A stretch of DNA of 64,000 bases from Myxococcota bacterium (GTDB lineage: Bacteria; Myxococcota_A; UBA9160; JAFDDA01): contig OZ245817.1 in the NCBI GenBank assembly GCA_965228475.1, positions 4,544,001-4,608,000 of the forward strand, written 5' to 3'. The notes beneath the pieces are model-generated. The model had not been told where the DNA came from. It saw only the letters and a program-made list of their open reading frames with translations, and ran no database searches. The position numbers were made by a program, and so were the translations under genes. How positions within the stretch are numbered: position 1 is the stretch's first letter; each line of letters begins with the position of its first letter. This document shows, in pieces, positions 17,996 to 27,861 of the stretch.

Positions 17996-19281
17996 ACCCC
18001 GTCGAGCACTGGCAGGAGCGCTTCGCCGCGCAGGGCCCTTCGGGCATCGAAGCCGCGCGGCGCAAAGCCCTCGACCACTTCGCGGCCGAGGGCTTCCCGG
18101 GGCGGCGGAACGAGGAGTGGAAGTACACGAACCCCGCGCGCATCGCGAAGACGGCGTGGGAGGCGGCCCCCCGGAGCTTCGAACTCGACCGCGAGACTCT
18201 CGAGTGGCTCTCCTCGCCAGTCTTCGCCTGCAGCGTCTTCGTGTTCGTCGACGGGCGCTACGTGGCCGACCTCTCGGCCCCGGCAGCCCTCGGCGGCCAG
18301 CTCGGGTTCTCGAACTTCGCCGGAGGCCCCGAGGAGGCGTTCATCGACTCCGTCGGCAGCGCGGTGACGCCCTTCGGTGCGCTCAACACGGCCTTCTTCG
18401 AGGACGGCGCCCACGTGCGCATCGCGAAGGGCAGCCACATCGAGGAGCCGATCCACCTCGTCTTCGTGAACACCGGCGGAGACGACCCGGTCTCGAGCCA
18501 CCCGCGCGTGCGGGTGGAGGCGGCAGCCGGCAGCCACGTCATGGTCATCGAGGACCACGTGAGCCTCGCCGGCGGCGCGACCTTCACCAACGGCGTCACC
18601 GAGATCGACGTCGCCGAGAACGCGGCGGTGGACTGGATCAAGATCCAGCGGGAGGATCCCTCGACCTTCCACGTCTCGGAGATGCGCGGCAACGTCGGCC
18701 GTGACGCCCGGCTCTCCGCGGCCACGCTCTCCTTCGGCAGCGCTCTCCTGCGCAACGACGCCCGCGTGCGGCTCTCGGCGCCGGGCGCCCACTGCGATCT
18801 TCGCGGCCTGTTCGTCGCCGGCGGCAGCCAGCTCGTCGACAACCACACCTGGGTCGACCACGCGGAGCCCCACTGCACGAGCGACGAGCTCTACAAGGGC
18901 ATCCTCGACGGCCAGGCGCGCGGCGTGTTCAACGGGCGCGTCGTGGTGCGGCCGGACGCCCAGAAGACCAACGCCGCCCAGCAGAACCCGAACCTGCTGC
19001 TCTCGCGCGATGCCGAGATCAACACCCAGCCCCAGCTCGAGATCTACGCCGACGACGTGAAGTGCAGCCACGGCTCGACCGTCGGCCAGCTCGACGAGGC
19101 CTCCCTCTTCTACCTGCGCTCGCGCGGCATCCCCGAGCACGACGCGCGGAACCTCCTCATGCGCGGGTTCGTCTCCGAGATCACGAGCGCCCTCGCCGTG
19201 CCGGCCATCGGCGCGCGGGTGGACGACCTCGTCGTCGAGCGGCTCGGCATCGCGCGCGACCTCCCGAAGGAGGACACGTGA
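17992..19281 (+). CDS. sufD: Fe-S cluster assembly protein SufD
   Basis: EEWKYT, GVFNGRVVV, QKTNA, PQLEIYADDVKCSHG, FYLRSRGI. Confidence 0.95.
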
Positions 19282-20510
19282 CGCATCTCACCCCGGAGGA
19301 CGTCACGCGGCTGCGCAAGGATTTCCCGGTCCTCGAGCAGGAGGTCCACGGCAAACCGCTCGTCTACCTCGACAGCGCTGCGACCGCACAGAAGCCCCGC
19401 GCCGTGATCGACGCCGTCGCGCACCACTACGAGCGCGACAACGCGAACATCCACCGCGGCGTCCACGCCCTGGCCCAGCGCTCGACGGACGCCTACGAGG
19501 GCGCCCGCACCAGGCTCGCGCGCTTCCTCGGGGCGGGGGACGCCAAGGAGATCGTCTTCACGCGCGGCACGACCGAGGCCATCAACCTCGTGGCCTGCGC
19601 CTTCGGTGCGCAGGAAGTCGGCGCCGGGGACGAGATCCTCGTCACCGAGATGGAGCACCACTCGAACATCGTCCCGTGGCAGCTCCTCTGCGAGCGCACG
19701 GGCGCGAAGCTCGTCGTGGCCCCGATCGACGAACGCGGCCAGCTCGACGTCGACGCCTTCCGGGCGCGCCTCTCCTCGCGCACGAAGGTCGCGGCCTTCG
19801 GACACGTCTCGAACGCCCTGGGCACGATCAACCCCGTCGAGGATCTCGTCGCCCTGGCCCGCGGCGCCGGCGCGGTGACCGTCGTCGACGGTGCCCAGGC
19901 CACGCCGCACCTCGCCGTCGACGTCGCCGCCCTCGGCTGCGACTTCTACGCCGTGAGCGGCCACAAGATGTTCGGTCCGACCGGCATCGGCGCCCTCTAT
20001 GGCCGGGCGGAGCGGCTCGAAGCCATGCCGCCCTGGCAGGGGGGCGGAGAGATGATCCTGACCGTCACCTTCGAGGGCACGGAGTACGCCGACGTGCCGC
20101 ACAAGTTCGAAGCGGGCACGCCGAACATCGCCGGAGCCGTCGGCCTCGGCGCCGCGGTCGACTACCTCGAAGCGATCGGCATGGAGCGGATCGGCGCCTG
20201 GGAGCACGAACTCCTCGCCCACGGAACGGATCTCCTCACGAGCATCCCCGAGGTGCGCCTCATCGGCACCGCCGAACACAAGGCCGGCGTCCTCTCCTTC
20301 CTGATCGATGGCGTCCACTCCCACGACGTCGGGACCATCCTCGACATGGAAGGCATCGCGGTCCGCACCGGCCACCACTGCGCCCAGCCGGTGATGGACC
20401 ACTTCGGGGTCGCGGCCACCACGCGCGCCTCCCTCGCCTTCTACAACACCAAGGAAGAGCTCGACCGCCTCGCGGCCGGCATCCGCAAGGTGCTGGAGAT
20501 GTTCGCGTGA
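19278..20510 (+). CDS. sufS: Cysteine desulfurase SufS
   Basis: VYLDSAATAQKP, NIHRGVH, SGHKMFGPTGIG, FEAGTP, RTGHHCAQP. Confidence 0.96.
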   Translation: MTHLTPEDVTRLRKDFPVLEQEVHGKPLVYLDSAATAQKPRAVIDAVAHHYERDNANIHRGVHALAQRSTDAYEGARTRLARFLGAGDAKEIVFTRGTTEAINLVACAFGAQEVGAGDEILVTEMEHHSNIVPWQLLCERTGAKLVVAPIDERGQLDVDAFRARLSSRTKVAAFGHVSNALGTINPVEDLVALARGAGAVTVVDGAQATPHLAVDVAALGCDFYAVSGHKMFGPTGIGALYGRAERLEAMPPWQGGGEMILTVTFEGTEYADVPHKFEAGTPNIAGAVGLGAAVDYLEAIGMERIGAWEHELLAHGTDLLTSIPEVRLIGTAEHKAGVLSFLIDGVHSHDVGTILDMEGIAVRTGHHCAQPVMDHFGVAATTRASLAFYNTKEELDRLAAGIRKVLEMFA

Positions 20511-20965
20511 GCGACCTCCGCGAGCTCTACCAGACGACGATCCTCGACCACGGGAAGTCGCCGCGAAACTTCGGGCCGCTCTCCGCGGCGAACCGGACGG
20601 CGGCCGGCCACAACCCGCTGTGCGGCGACAAGCTCACGCTGTACCTCGAGGTGGAGGACGATCACATCCGGCACGCCGCCTTCGAAGGCTCGGGCTGCGC
20701 GATCTCGACGGCCTCGGCTTCGATGCTGACGGAGGCGGTCGAGGGAAAGACCGTGGCCGAAGCTACCGCGCTGTTCGAACGATTCCACGAATGGGTCGCC
20801 GGGCAGGGCGAAGCGGACATCGCCTCGGAGGAGGCGGCCGACCTCGGCAAGCTCGCCGTGTTCGGCGGCGTCCGGGAGTTCCCCATGCGCGTCAAGTGCG
20901 CGACGCTCGCCTGGCACGCGATGAACTCGGCCCTCGGCACGGGCGATACGGTAAAGACGGAGTAG
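20507..20965 (+). CDS. sufU: SUF system NifU-like sulfur transfer protein SufU
   Basis: LYQTTILDH, HNPLCGD, GSGCAISTAS, RVKCATLAWH. Confidence 0.94.
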   Translation: MSDLRELYQTTILDHGKSPRNFGPLSAANRTAAGHNPLCGDKLTLYLEVEDDHIRHAAFEGSGCAISTASASMLTEAVEGKTVAEATALFERFHEWVAGQGEADIASEEAADLGKLAVFGGVREFPMRVKCATLAWHAMNSALGTGDTVKTE

Positions 20966-20967
20966 AC

Positions 20968-21309
20968 ATGTCGGACGCCACGGAAACCCCGCAGGCCGCA
21001 CAGGCGGCATCTCTTCGCGACCGCGTCATCGAGGTCTTGAAGACCTGCTACGACCCCGAGATCCCCGTCGACATCTACGAGCTCGGCCTGATCTACGAGG
21101 TCGCCACCGACGAGGCCGAGGGCAAGGTCGAGATCAGCATGACGCTCACCTCGCCGATGTGTCCGGTGGCCGAGATCCTGCCCCCCGAGGTCGAGTCCAA
21201 GGTCCGGCTGCTCGACGGCGTCTCCGCCGCGAAGGTCGAAGTCACCTGGGAGCCGCCGTGGAACCCGGGCATGATGTCCGAGGCGGCCCGCCTCGAACTC
21301 AACATGTAG
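20968..21309 (+). CDS. sufT: DUF59/SufT Fe-S assembly protein
   Basis: YDPEIPVDIYELGLIY, MTLTSPMCP, WEPPW. Confidence 0.9.
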   Translation: MSDATETPQAAQAASLRDRVIEVLKTCYDPEIPVDIYELGLIYEVATDEAEGKVEISMTLTSPMCPVAEILPPEVESKVRLLDGVSAAKVEVTWEPPWNPGMMSEAARLELNM

Positions 21310-21311
21310 GC

Positions 21312-21731
21312 ATGGCCCGGGCCGTCCTCACCCACGTCGCGCTCCGCGTCCACGACATCGACGCGACGATCGCCTTCTACGAACGCTACGCCGGCTTCGA
21401 GGTCGCCCACGATCGCAGGGACGATTCGACCCGGGTCGTCTGGCTCGCCGAGGACGCGGCGGACCCGGACTTCGTGATCGTCGTGATGGCCATGCCGGCC
21501 GACGCCCAGCCCGAGAAGCGCCCGATCGACCACCTGGGGTTCGCCGTGGCCTCCCGCGAGGAAGTCGACCGGCTGGGAGCGCTCGGCGAGGCCGACGGCT
21601 GCCTGGTGCTCGCGCCCGCCGAGTACGGCCCGGTGGTCGGGTACATCTGCGAGGTCGCGGACCCCGACGGCAACGTCTGCGAGTTCTCGCACGGCCAGGC
21701 GATCCACCCGCGTCATCTGCCGAAGGCCTGA
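21312..21731 (+). CDS. VOC/glyoxalase family protein
   Basis: LTHVALRVHDIDATIAFY, DHLGFAV, DPDGNVCEFS. Confidence 0.9.
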   Translation: MARAVLTHVALRVHDIDATIAFYERYAGFEVAHDRRDDSTRVVWLAEDAADPDFVIVVMAMPADAQPEKRPIDHLGFAVASREEVDRLGALGEADGCLVLAPAEYGPVVGYICEVADPDGNVCEFSHGQAIHPRHLPKA

Positions 21732-21735
21732 CGCG

Positions 21736-22599
21736 CTAGCGACGGCGCCGCGCGGAGACCACGGCCAGGCCCGCGAGCAGTGCCAGCCAACCGAGCGACG
21801 GCTCCGGCACCGCGCTCACGAACGTCGGCACGCCGAGGCCATCCGTGAAGCGCACCTCGAGGCGGGCGACGATCGGAAGGATGTTGCCCAGCGCGGTGAC
21901 CCGGGACGGCGTCACCAACGAGAACTGCTGCGTGCCGACGCTGCCCGTGCGGGTGATCGGGGTCCCCCCACTGGAGGTCGAGAGTGCCACCCAAGCCGTG
22001 CCGACGGTCCACGGCGCCGCGTCGAAGCCGAATCCGCCGACGGTGACCGGGGCCGTCCCGCCGAGGCCGACGTTCAAGGCGGCCAGATCGAAGGGAATCG
22101 TCACGATGTTCGGAACGACCTGCAGATTCACCGTGCCGGCCAGGCCCATGAAGCCGCCGAAACCCAGCTGCCCCGCGCAGGCGACCCCGTAGGTCAGCGG
22201 GCCGCCCGAACAGGGCGGTTCTCCAGGCAGCCCCGCTCCCCCGCCGACCGAGAACGTCGCGGCCAGGTTCGAGAGCTTCGACGCGGTGACCCCGGCGATG
22301 GCGGTGGAAACCCCGTAGTCGATCCCGACGAAGGGCGTCGCGAGCGTGGCCAGCCCCGCCGCCAGGCCGATCGTCCCGGCCGTTTCGTCGACCGTGACGG
22401 TGCCGACCCCGGCCGCGATCGGGCCGTAGACGAAGGCGCAGCTGTAGCAGCCGCCGGGGAGCATCTTCAGCCCGACCATCTCGATCGAGAGCTCGAGCTC
22501 GACCGGCCGCGCGACGGGCGCCGCCTCGGCCGTGTCGACGTCGAAGGCCGTTCCCGCGAACGAGAGTACGAGGAAGAGGACGACGACGGATCGCGTCAT
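21736..22599 (-). CDS. PEP-CTERM sorting domain surface protein
   Basis: Signal peptide MTRSVVVLFLVLSFAG after GGAGG; C-terminus VPEPSLGWLALLAGLAVVSARRRR. Confidence 0.85.
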   Translation of the reverse strand: MTRSVVVLFLVLSFAGTAFDVDTAEAAPVARPVELELSIEMVGLKMLPGGCYSCAFVYGPIAAGVGTVTVDETAGTIGLAAGLATLATPFVGIDYGVSTAIAGVTASKLSNLAATFSVGGGAGLPGEPPCSGGPLTYGVACAGQLGFGGFMGLAGTVNLQVVPNIVTIPFDLAALNVGLGGTAPVTVGGFGFDAAPWTVGTAWVALSTSSGGTPITRTGSVGTQQFSLVTPSRVTALGNILPIVARLEVRFTDGLGVPTFVSAVPEPSLGWLALLAGLAVVSARRRR

Positions 22600-22746
22600 G
22601 GCGCCTCCCATGCCTCGGTGGACGGGCCCGGCAAATGGGCGCTCGAGGCCGCCCCATTCTATCACCACCGGGTATCATGCAGGGCGAGCGCCCTTGTGAC
22701 CGGATCCGGCGTAGAACGCGCCCCGACCCGGAGGAGTGTCGGCTCC

Positions 22747-23715
22747 ATGAGCGACCGAGTGGAAGGCAACCCCGTGGGCCCGGCCATCGATGCGGAGCGC
22801 GTGCTCGTCACCGGCGCCAACGGCGCCCTCGGGCGCCAACTCTTCGCAGCCCTCGCGGGCGGCAAGGGGCGCGCCGCGGCGGTCGTCCGCTCCGAGAACG
22901 CCGCGGACACCCTGCGCGAGCTCGACGAATCGATCCGCCCGGAGATCCGCACCGTCAGCTACGTCGACACGGACGGGCTCGCGCGCGCCATGGAAGGCCG
23001 CGACCTCGTCGTCCACCTGGTCGGCATCCTCAAGGAGACGAAGCACTCGCGCTATCGCGACGCGCACGAGAAGGCCACGGCGGCCGTGGCCGCGGCCGCC
23101 GCCAAGAACGGCGTGAAGCGCGTCGTCTACCTCTCGATCCTCGGCTCCGAACCGGGCGCGGAGAACCGCTGCCTCGCCTCGAAGGGGCGAGCCGAGCAGC
23201 TGCTGCTCGGCCACGAGGTTCCCGCGACGGTGATCCGGCTCCCGATGGTGCTCGGCCAGGGCGACGCGGCGTCCCGCGCCCTGCGCGGCCAGGCCCACGC
23301 GAAGGTCCTCCCCCTGATCGGCGGCGGGCGCAGCCTCGAGCAGCCCATCGATGCGGACGACGTGATCGCCGCGGTGCTCGCCGCGGCGGTGAACCCCGCC
23401 CTCGACGACCATGCACTCGACCTCGCCGGCCCGGAGTCTCTCCGGCAGCGCGAACTCATCACCCGCGCCGCGGCCCTCTACGGAAAGAAGCCGCGCATCG
23501 TCTCGCTGCCCGAAGGCGCCGTGCGCTTCGGCGTCCACCTGCTCGAACGCTTCTCCGGCGAACCGCCGATCACCAGCCCCATGCTCGACGTTCTGCTCCA
23601 CGACGATCACATCGACCCGGAGCCCGCCGCTCGCGCCCTCGGAATCCGTCTGACCCCCCTCGATGAAATGCTCGCGCGCCGGGTCGGACCCGACGCGCCG
23701 GGAGCCCCTGCTTGA
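22747..23715 (+). CDS. NAD(P)-binding SDR/NDUFA9-like epimerase
   Basis: VLVTGANGALG, VVHLVGIL, VYLSILG, SKGRAE, QPIDADD. Confidence 0.85.
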   Translation: MSDRVEGNPVGPAIDAERVLVTGANGALGRQLFAALAGGKGRAAAVVRSENAADTLRELDESIRPEIRTVSYVDTDGLARAMEGRDLVVHLVGILKETKHSRYRDAHEKATAAVAAAAAKNGVKRVVYLSILGSEPGAENRCLASKGRAEQLLLGHEVPATVIRLPMVLGQGDAASRALRGQAHAKVLPLIGGGRSLEQPIDADDVIAAVLAAAVNPALDDHALDLAGPESLRQRELITRAAALYGKKPRIVSLPEGAVRFGVHLLERFSGEPPITSPMLDVLLHDDHIDPEPAARALGIRLTPLDEMLARRVGPDAPGAPA

Positions 23716-24698
23716 CCACCGAGACCCCGGCCCCCGAAGCCGATCCGACCGTCCCCGAAAAGCCGAAGCCGAGCCTCGCCAAGCGCGTCCTGCCCTGGGT
23801 CGTAACCCTCGGCTGCTTCGCCTTCCTCTACACGCGCATGGCGGGCCCCGCCGCTCGCGAGGGGCTCTCCGTCGCCGAGTACCTCGGGCGCGTGTTCTCC
23901 CAGGTGAGCTGGACTTCCTGGCTCGCGCTGATGGTTCCCTACTCGCTGCTGTTCTTCCTGATCGACTCGCTCGTCGTCTGGCGGACGATCAACTGGTTCA
24001 ACGCGCGCGTCGCCTACACGGACATCCTGCCGGTGCGCGCGAGCACGTACATCCTCTCGATCCTGAACGAGCAGCTCGGCAAGGGCGCCATGGCCGTGTA
24101 CCTGAACCGGCGCGAGGGCGTTCCGGGCTGGAAGCTCGGCTCGAGCATGCTCTTCATCATGGTCTGCGAGATCTACTACCTCTGCGCCTGGGCGAACGTC
24201 GGGGCGGCCCTGCAGCGGGAGTCGCTGCCCGACGTCTTCGACGCCCTGCCCCTCGTCGGCGCGGTCATGCTCGTGCTCTTCGCCATCGGGTACCTCTACT
24301 TCCGCGGCAAGATCCTCCCGAACTTCAACCTGCGCGACCGCCACATCATGACCGCCTTCAGCCAGGCGCGGCTCTGGCAGTACCTGACGATCATCGTGCT
24401 GCGCTCGCCCGCGCTGCTCGCGGCGGTCTTCGTCTACTCGCGAGCGCTTTCGCTGTTCGGCGTCGAAGTCTCGATGCTGCAGATGCTCGGCTACCTGCCG
24501 GTGATCTTCTTCGGCGCGGCCGTTCCGGGGCCCTTCCGCGCCGTCGCCATCTCGATGTGGGTGATCCTCTTCCCGGACCACCCGGCCGAGATGTCGGCCT
24601 TCGGGCTCGTCCAGCACAACTTCTTCATCTTCTTCAACGCCGCGATCGGCCTCGTCTTCATGCGGCGCGCCAACCGCGAGATCTTCGGCAGCGCATGA
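23712..24698 (+). CDS. Polytopic membrane protein, possibly lysylphosphatidylglycerol-synthase-TM/flippase-like
   Basis: About 8 hydrophobic segments, size and LGKG loop; TTG overlaps the upstream TGA. Confidence 0.65.
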   Translation: MTTETPAPEADPTVPEKPKPSLAKRVLPWVVTLGCFAFLYTRMAGPAAREGLSVAEYLGRVFSQVSWTSWLALMVPYSLLFFLIDSLVVWRTINWFNARVAYTDILPVRASTYILSILNEQLGKGAMAVYLNRREGVPGWKLGSSMLFIMVCEIYYLCAWANVGAALQRESLPDVFDALPLVGAVMLVLFAIGYLYFRGKILPNFNLRDRHIMTAFSQARLWQYLTIIVLRSPALLAAVFVYSRALSLFGVEVSMLQMLGYLPVIFFGAAVPGPFRAVAISMWVILFPDHPAEMSAFGLVQHNFFIFFNAAIGLVFMRRANREIFGSA

Positions 24699-25120
24699 GT
24701 TCGAGGCAGGCGGCTCTCGACGCCTTCGCGGCCATGCCGCTCACCCTGAAGGGCACCACGAGCTTCTTCGTCGTCTTCGGCGTGGGGTCGCTCGTCGTGG
24801 CGGCGCTGCCGGGCCTCGAGCACCGCGTCGGCGGCGAGACCCTCGGCCAGGGAGAACTCTTCGCGAGCGGCTACGGCGCCTTCGCCATCGGGACGGGGCT
24901 CACGCTCGGTCTCGCCGCGGCAGGGCTCCTGCGCCGGGCCCGCTGGGCGATTCCGCTGACCGCGGCGGCCTACATCCCCCTCGCGCTCGGCGACGCGTGG
25001 TTCGCGGCGGAGCCCCGCATCCTCTGGCAGTCGGCCTGCGCGCTGGCCTGGGCGCTCGGCAGCGGCGCCTACCTGCTCGGGACGCGCGGCTCGCAGGCCT
25101 ACTTCGACGCGTCGCCCTGA
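24695..25120 (+). CDS. Hypothetical membrane protein
   Basis: ATGA overlap; 4 hydrophobic segments. Confidence 0.65.
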   Translation: MSSRQAALDAFAAMPLTLKGTTSFFVVFGVGSLVVAALPGLEHRVGGETLGQGELFASGYGAFAIGTGLTLGLAAAGLLRRARWAIPLTAAAYIPLALGDAWFAAEPRILWQSACALAWALGSGAYLLGTRGSQAYFDASP

Positions 25121-25133
25121 CGCCTCGGCCCGC

Positions 25134-25685
25134 TCAGGGCGACGGCACCGTGCGCCAGCGCTGCGCCATCGACCAGAGCGTCGTAGCGAACAGGAGACAG
25201 CCCGCGGCCCAGACGAGGGTGTCCCAGGGCCACGGCGCGCCGAGCGCGTCGCGGACGAGCGGCGTCCCGAGGAACACGTAGTAGGCGATCCCGTTCCAGC
25301 GGCCGACCGGGTTCGGCCGCAGCGGCCGCCCGGCGCCGACGCGCGAATCCACCACGTACTGCGCGAAGGCGATGCCCACGGCCACGGGCAGCGCCGCCGG
25401 CGCGAGGCCGCGCGCGGCCAGAGCCGCCATCCCGGCGACGTTCAGGAGGGCGTCGGTCGCGTGATCGAGCAGGCCGCCGAGGCTCGACGCCTGACCGAAG
25501 CGGCGCGCGAGGCCACCGTCGGCGAAGTCGCTCGCGCAGGCCGCGACGAACAGCGCGAGGCCGAGGACGGCCTGCTCGCGCAGGATCGCGAGCACGAGGA
25601 AGGGGACGAGCGCGAGCCGCAGCAGCGTCAGCGCGTTCGCCCAGGTCGCGAGCCGGGGCGGTTCGGGCGTCTGGTCGTCGGTCAT
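25134..25685 (-). CDS. CDP-alcohol phosphatidyltransferase family protein
   Basis: ANALTLLRL and signature DFADGGLARRFGQASSLGGLLDHATD. Confidence 0.9.
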   Translation of the reverse strand: MTDDQTPEPPRLATWANALTLLRLALVPFLVLAILREQAVLGLALFVAACASDFADGGLARRFGQASSLGGLLDHATDALLNVAGMAALAARGLAPAALPVAVGIAFAQYVVDSRVGAGRPLRPNPVGRWNGIAYYVFLGTPLVRDALGAPWPWDTLVWAAGCLLFATTLWSMAQRWRTVPSP

Positions 25686-25746
25686 GCACCCGCTACTCTG
25701 CCAGACCGCGGCACCGCTGGCAGCGCGCCCTTTTTCGAGGCACCCG

Positions 25747-26088
25747 ATGAGACGACGGACCTGGCTCCCCCTCGCGGCTTCCCTCCTGCTCACCGCCTGT
25801 GGCGGTGGCGGGGATGCCGAAGACCCCACGAAGCGCGGGCGTGCCGTCTACCTCGGGAACTGCGTGGCCTGCCACAACCAGAACCCGAAGCTCGCCGGGC
25901 CGATCGGCCCGGCCGTCGCGGGCTCGAGTCTCGAGCTGCTCGAGGCGAAGGTCCTGCGCAACGAGTACCCGCCGGGCTACACCCCGGCGCGCACCACCAA
26001 GGCGATGGTCCCGCTGCCGCACCTCGAAGCGGACCTCCCGGCGCTGGCCGCGTATCTCGGCAGCGTCGCCCCCGCCTCGATCCCCTGA
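25747..26088 (+). CDS. Monoheme c-type cytochrome lipoprotein
   Basis: Lipobox LLTAC; CVACH heme motif; distal Met (KAMVPL). Confidence 0.88.
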   Translation: MRRRTWLPLAASLLLTACGGGGDAEDPTKRGRAVYLGNCVACHNQNPKLAGPIGPAVAGSSLELLEAKVLRNEYPPGYTPARTTKAMVPLPHLEADLPALAAYLGSVAPASIP

Positions 26089-26102
26089 GCCGCCCCCCAA
26101 CG

Positions 26103-26133
26103 AAAAGAGGGCGCCCCGGATCGGGACGCCCTC
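26103..26133 (-). terminator. Intrinsic terminator of the PuuD-like gene, possibly bidirectional
   Basis: GAGGGCGCCCCG/CGGGACGCCCTC hairpin followed on the minus strand by TTTT. Confidence 0.6.
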
Positions 26134-26155
26134 CAGGTTCGTTCCGTGCGGCGGG

Positions 26156-26860
26156 CTAGTTCAGGACCGTGCCCAGCACGTAGAGCACCAGCGTCAGGCC
26201 GAGGCCCGCATGGATCGTGCCCGAGACGCTGCCGAGCGGCTTCTGCGTCGCCGCCGGGCCGTTGAAGGCGTTGTACTCGACGAAGAGGATCACGATGCCC
26301 GCGGCGATCCAGTAGACGAGATCGTTGGTGCCGTTGTGCAGCCAGCTCATGTGGCTCGCCGAGCCCATGAAGAAGAGCATCGGGATCGAGAAGAGCGTGT
26401 TGGTGCGCGAGGCGCGGCCCGCGAGGGCGGCCTTGTCCGGCGTGCCGGGGACGGGCTCGCCGCCCGCCGCGACCTGCTCCGCGCTCTTGATCGCGTAGTC
26501 GCGCTGGGCGGGCCAGATCACGAACCACACGTTGTACCACATGAGTGTACCCATCACGCCGCCGGTCAGGATGCGCGTCATGTAGCCGTCGCCGAGCCCG
26601 ATGCCCGAGTGCAGCTTCACGAGCACGATGAGCCAGCCCGTGATGAAGGTGAACATCGCGCCCCAGCGGAACCACCAGAGTGCCGACGGAACCAGGCCGC
26701 GCGTCATGGCGCTCTTCGCGCCGCCGCCGAGCTCGCTGCCGAAGAAGGGCGTCTGGATGAAGTTGAAGTAGTAGAGAACGCCGATCCAGGTGATGCCGGC
26801 CAGGAAGTGGAACCAGCGGAGCAGGAATTCGAAGCCCGCCTGGGTGGTGATGATGTCCAT
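26156..26860 (-). CDS. PuuD/urate-hydroxylase N-terminal-like membrane protein (no fused cytochrome)
   Basis: RWFHFLAGITWIG..YYFNF, WWFRWGA, MWYNVWFVIWPAQ, SRTNTLFSIPMLFFM..SH. Confidence 0.85.
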   Translation of the reverse strand: MDIITTQAGFEFLLRWFHFLAGITWIGVLYYFNFIQTPFFGSELGGGAKSAMTRGLVPSALWWFRWGAMFTFITGWLIVLVKLHSGIGLGDGYMTRILTGGVMGTLMWYNVWFVIWPAQRDYAIKSAEQVAAGGEPVPGTPDKAALAGRASRTNTLFSIPMLFFMGSASHMSWLHNGTNDLVYWIAAGIVILFVEYNAFNGPAATQKPLGSVSGTIHAGLGLTLVLYVLGTVLN

Positions 26861-26897
26861 GGGTTGTCTCTTTCCCTGCCTTCAGTTGAGTAGGTCG

Positions 26898-26937
26898 GTC
26901 GAGTCCGTCGAACGGAACTCGACGTGGAGTCATTCTA
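26898..26937 (-). promoter_or_regulatory. -10 element plus 5'-terminal stem-loop of the PuuD-like mRNA
   Basis: TAGAAT (26937-26932) followed by hairpin GTCGAGT-T-CCGT-TCG-ACGG-ACTCGAC (26923-26898). Confidence 0.45.
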
Positions 26938-27861
26938 ACGGCTCCCCGCGGCGTTTCCGCTGGAGTTTCCGGCCCAGCGTGGCACGCGCGCGGTGATTCT
27001 CTCCCAGCCGAGTCGAGAGAACAGTGTTCTAGTTGATTCATCGTCGGCGCCCCGCCAGGCGAGGGCGCGCAGGTCGGTTCGCAGGCCGGGCACGTCCCGG
27101 CGCACCGTCGCGAGCTCGCGGGTGAGGAGCGCCCGGTCCCGGTGCTCGCGGATGCGCTCCGCCACGCGTGCGGCGCCGCGCAGGCCGATCCCGGCCCAGC
27201 GGTCGCCGGGCGGCGGGATGCGGTCGAGCGTTTCGAAGGCGCCGAGCACCGCCGCCGCGCCCTTGGCCCCGACCCCCGGCACGCCCGGCAGGCAATCGAC
27301 GCTGTCGCCGACCAGGCCGAGGTAGTCCGGGATCTGGCCCGGGTCGACCCCGAACTTCTCGCGCACGCCGCGCGCGTCGAGGGTGGTGTCCTTCGCGTTG
27401 TCGTAGAGCACGGCGCGGCCGTCCTCGGTGACGAGCTGCGCCAGATCCTTGTCGACGCTCACGACCCGCACGGACGCGCCGCGCGAGACGAGGCGGTCGG
27501 TCAGGGTGGCGATCACGTCGTCGGCCTCGAAGTTCGGCGCTTCGTGGACGGAGACGCCGAGCGCCGCCGCCGCCTGCTTGCACAGATCGAACTGCGCCTC
27601 GAGCTCGGGCTCCGGCTCGCCGCGGTCGGCCTTGTAGCCGGGCTCGATCTCGTTGCGGAAGCTCGTCATGGCGTGGTCGAAGCACATGCCGAAGTGGGTC
27701 GGCTCGTGTTCGCGCAGGTACTTCACGAGGCTCGAGGTGAAGCCGTAGGCCGCGCCGCACTCGGTGCCGTCCGGCGCCCTGCGCGAGGGCATGGTGAACC
27801 AGGAGCGGAAGATCCAGACGTGGCCGTCGACGAGATGGACGAGCGGTTCTTCCTCGCTCAC
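26935..27861 (-). CDS. Stand-alone 5'-3' exonuclease/flap endonuclease
   Basis: HLVDGH..FR, FRNEIEPGYKADR, FEADDVIATL, SVDKDLAQL, LVGDSVDCLPGVPGVGAKGA. Confidence 0.92.
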   Translation of the reverse strand: MSEEEPLVHLVDGHVWIFRSWFTMPSRRAPDGTECGAAYGFTSSLVKYLREHEPTHFGMCFDHAMTSFRNEIEPGYKADRGEPEPELEAQFDLCKQAAAALGVSVHEAPNFEADDVIATLTDRLVSRGASVRVVSVDKDLAQLVTEDGRAVLYDNAKDTTLDARGVREKFGVDPGQIPDYLGLVGDSVDCLPGVPGVGAKGAAAVLGAFETLDRIPPPGDRWAGIGLRGAARVAERIREHRDRALLTRELATVRRDVPGLRTDLRALAWRGADDESTRTLFSRLGWERITARVPRWAGNSSGNAAGSR

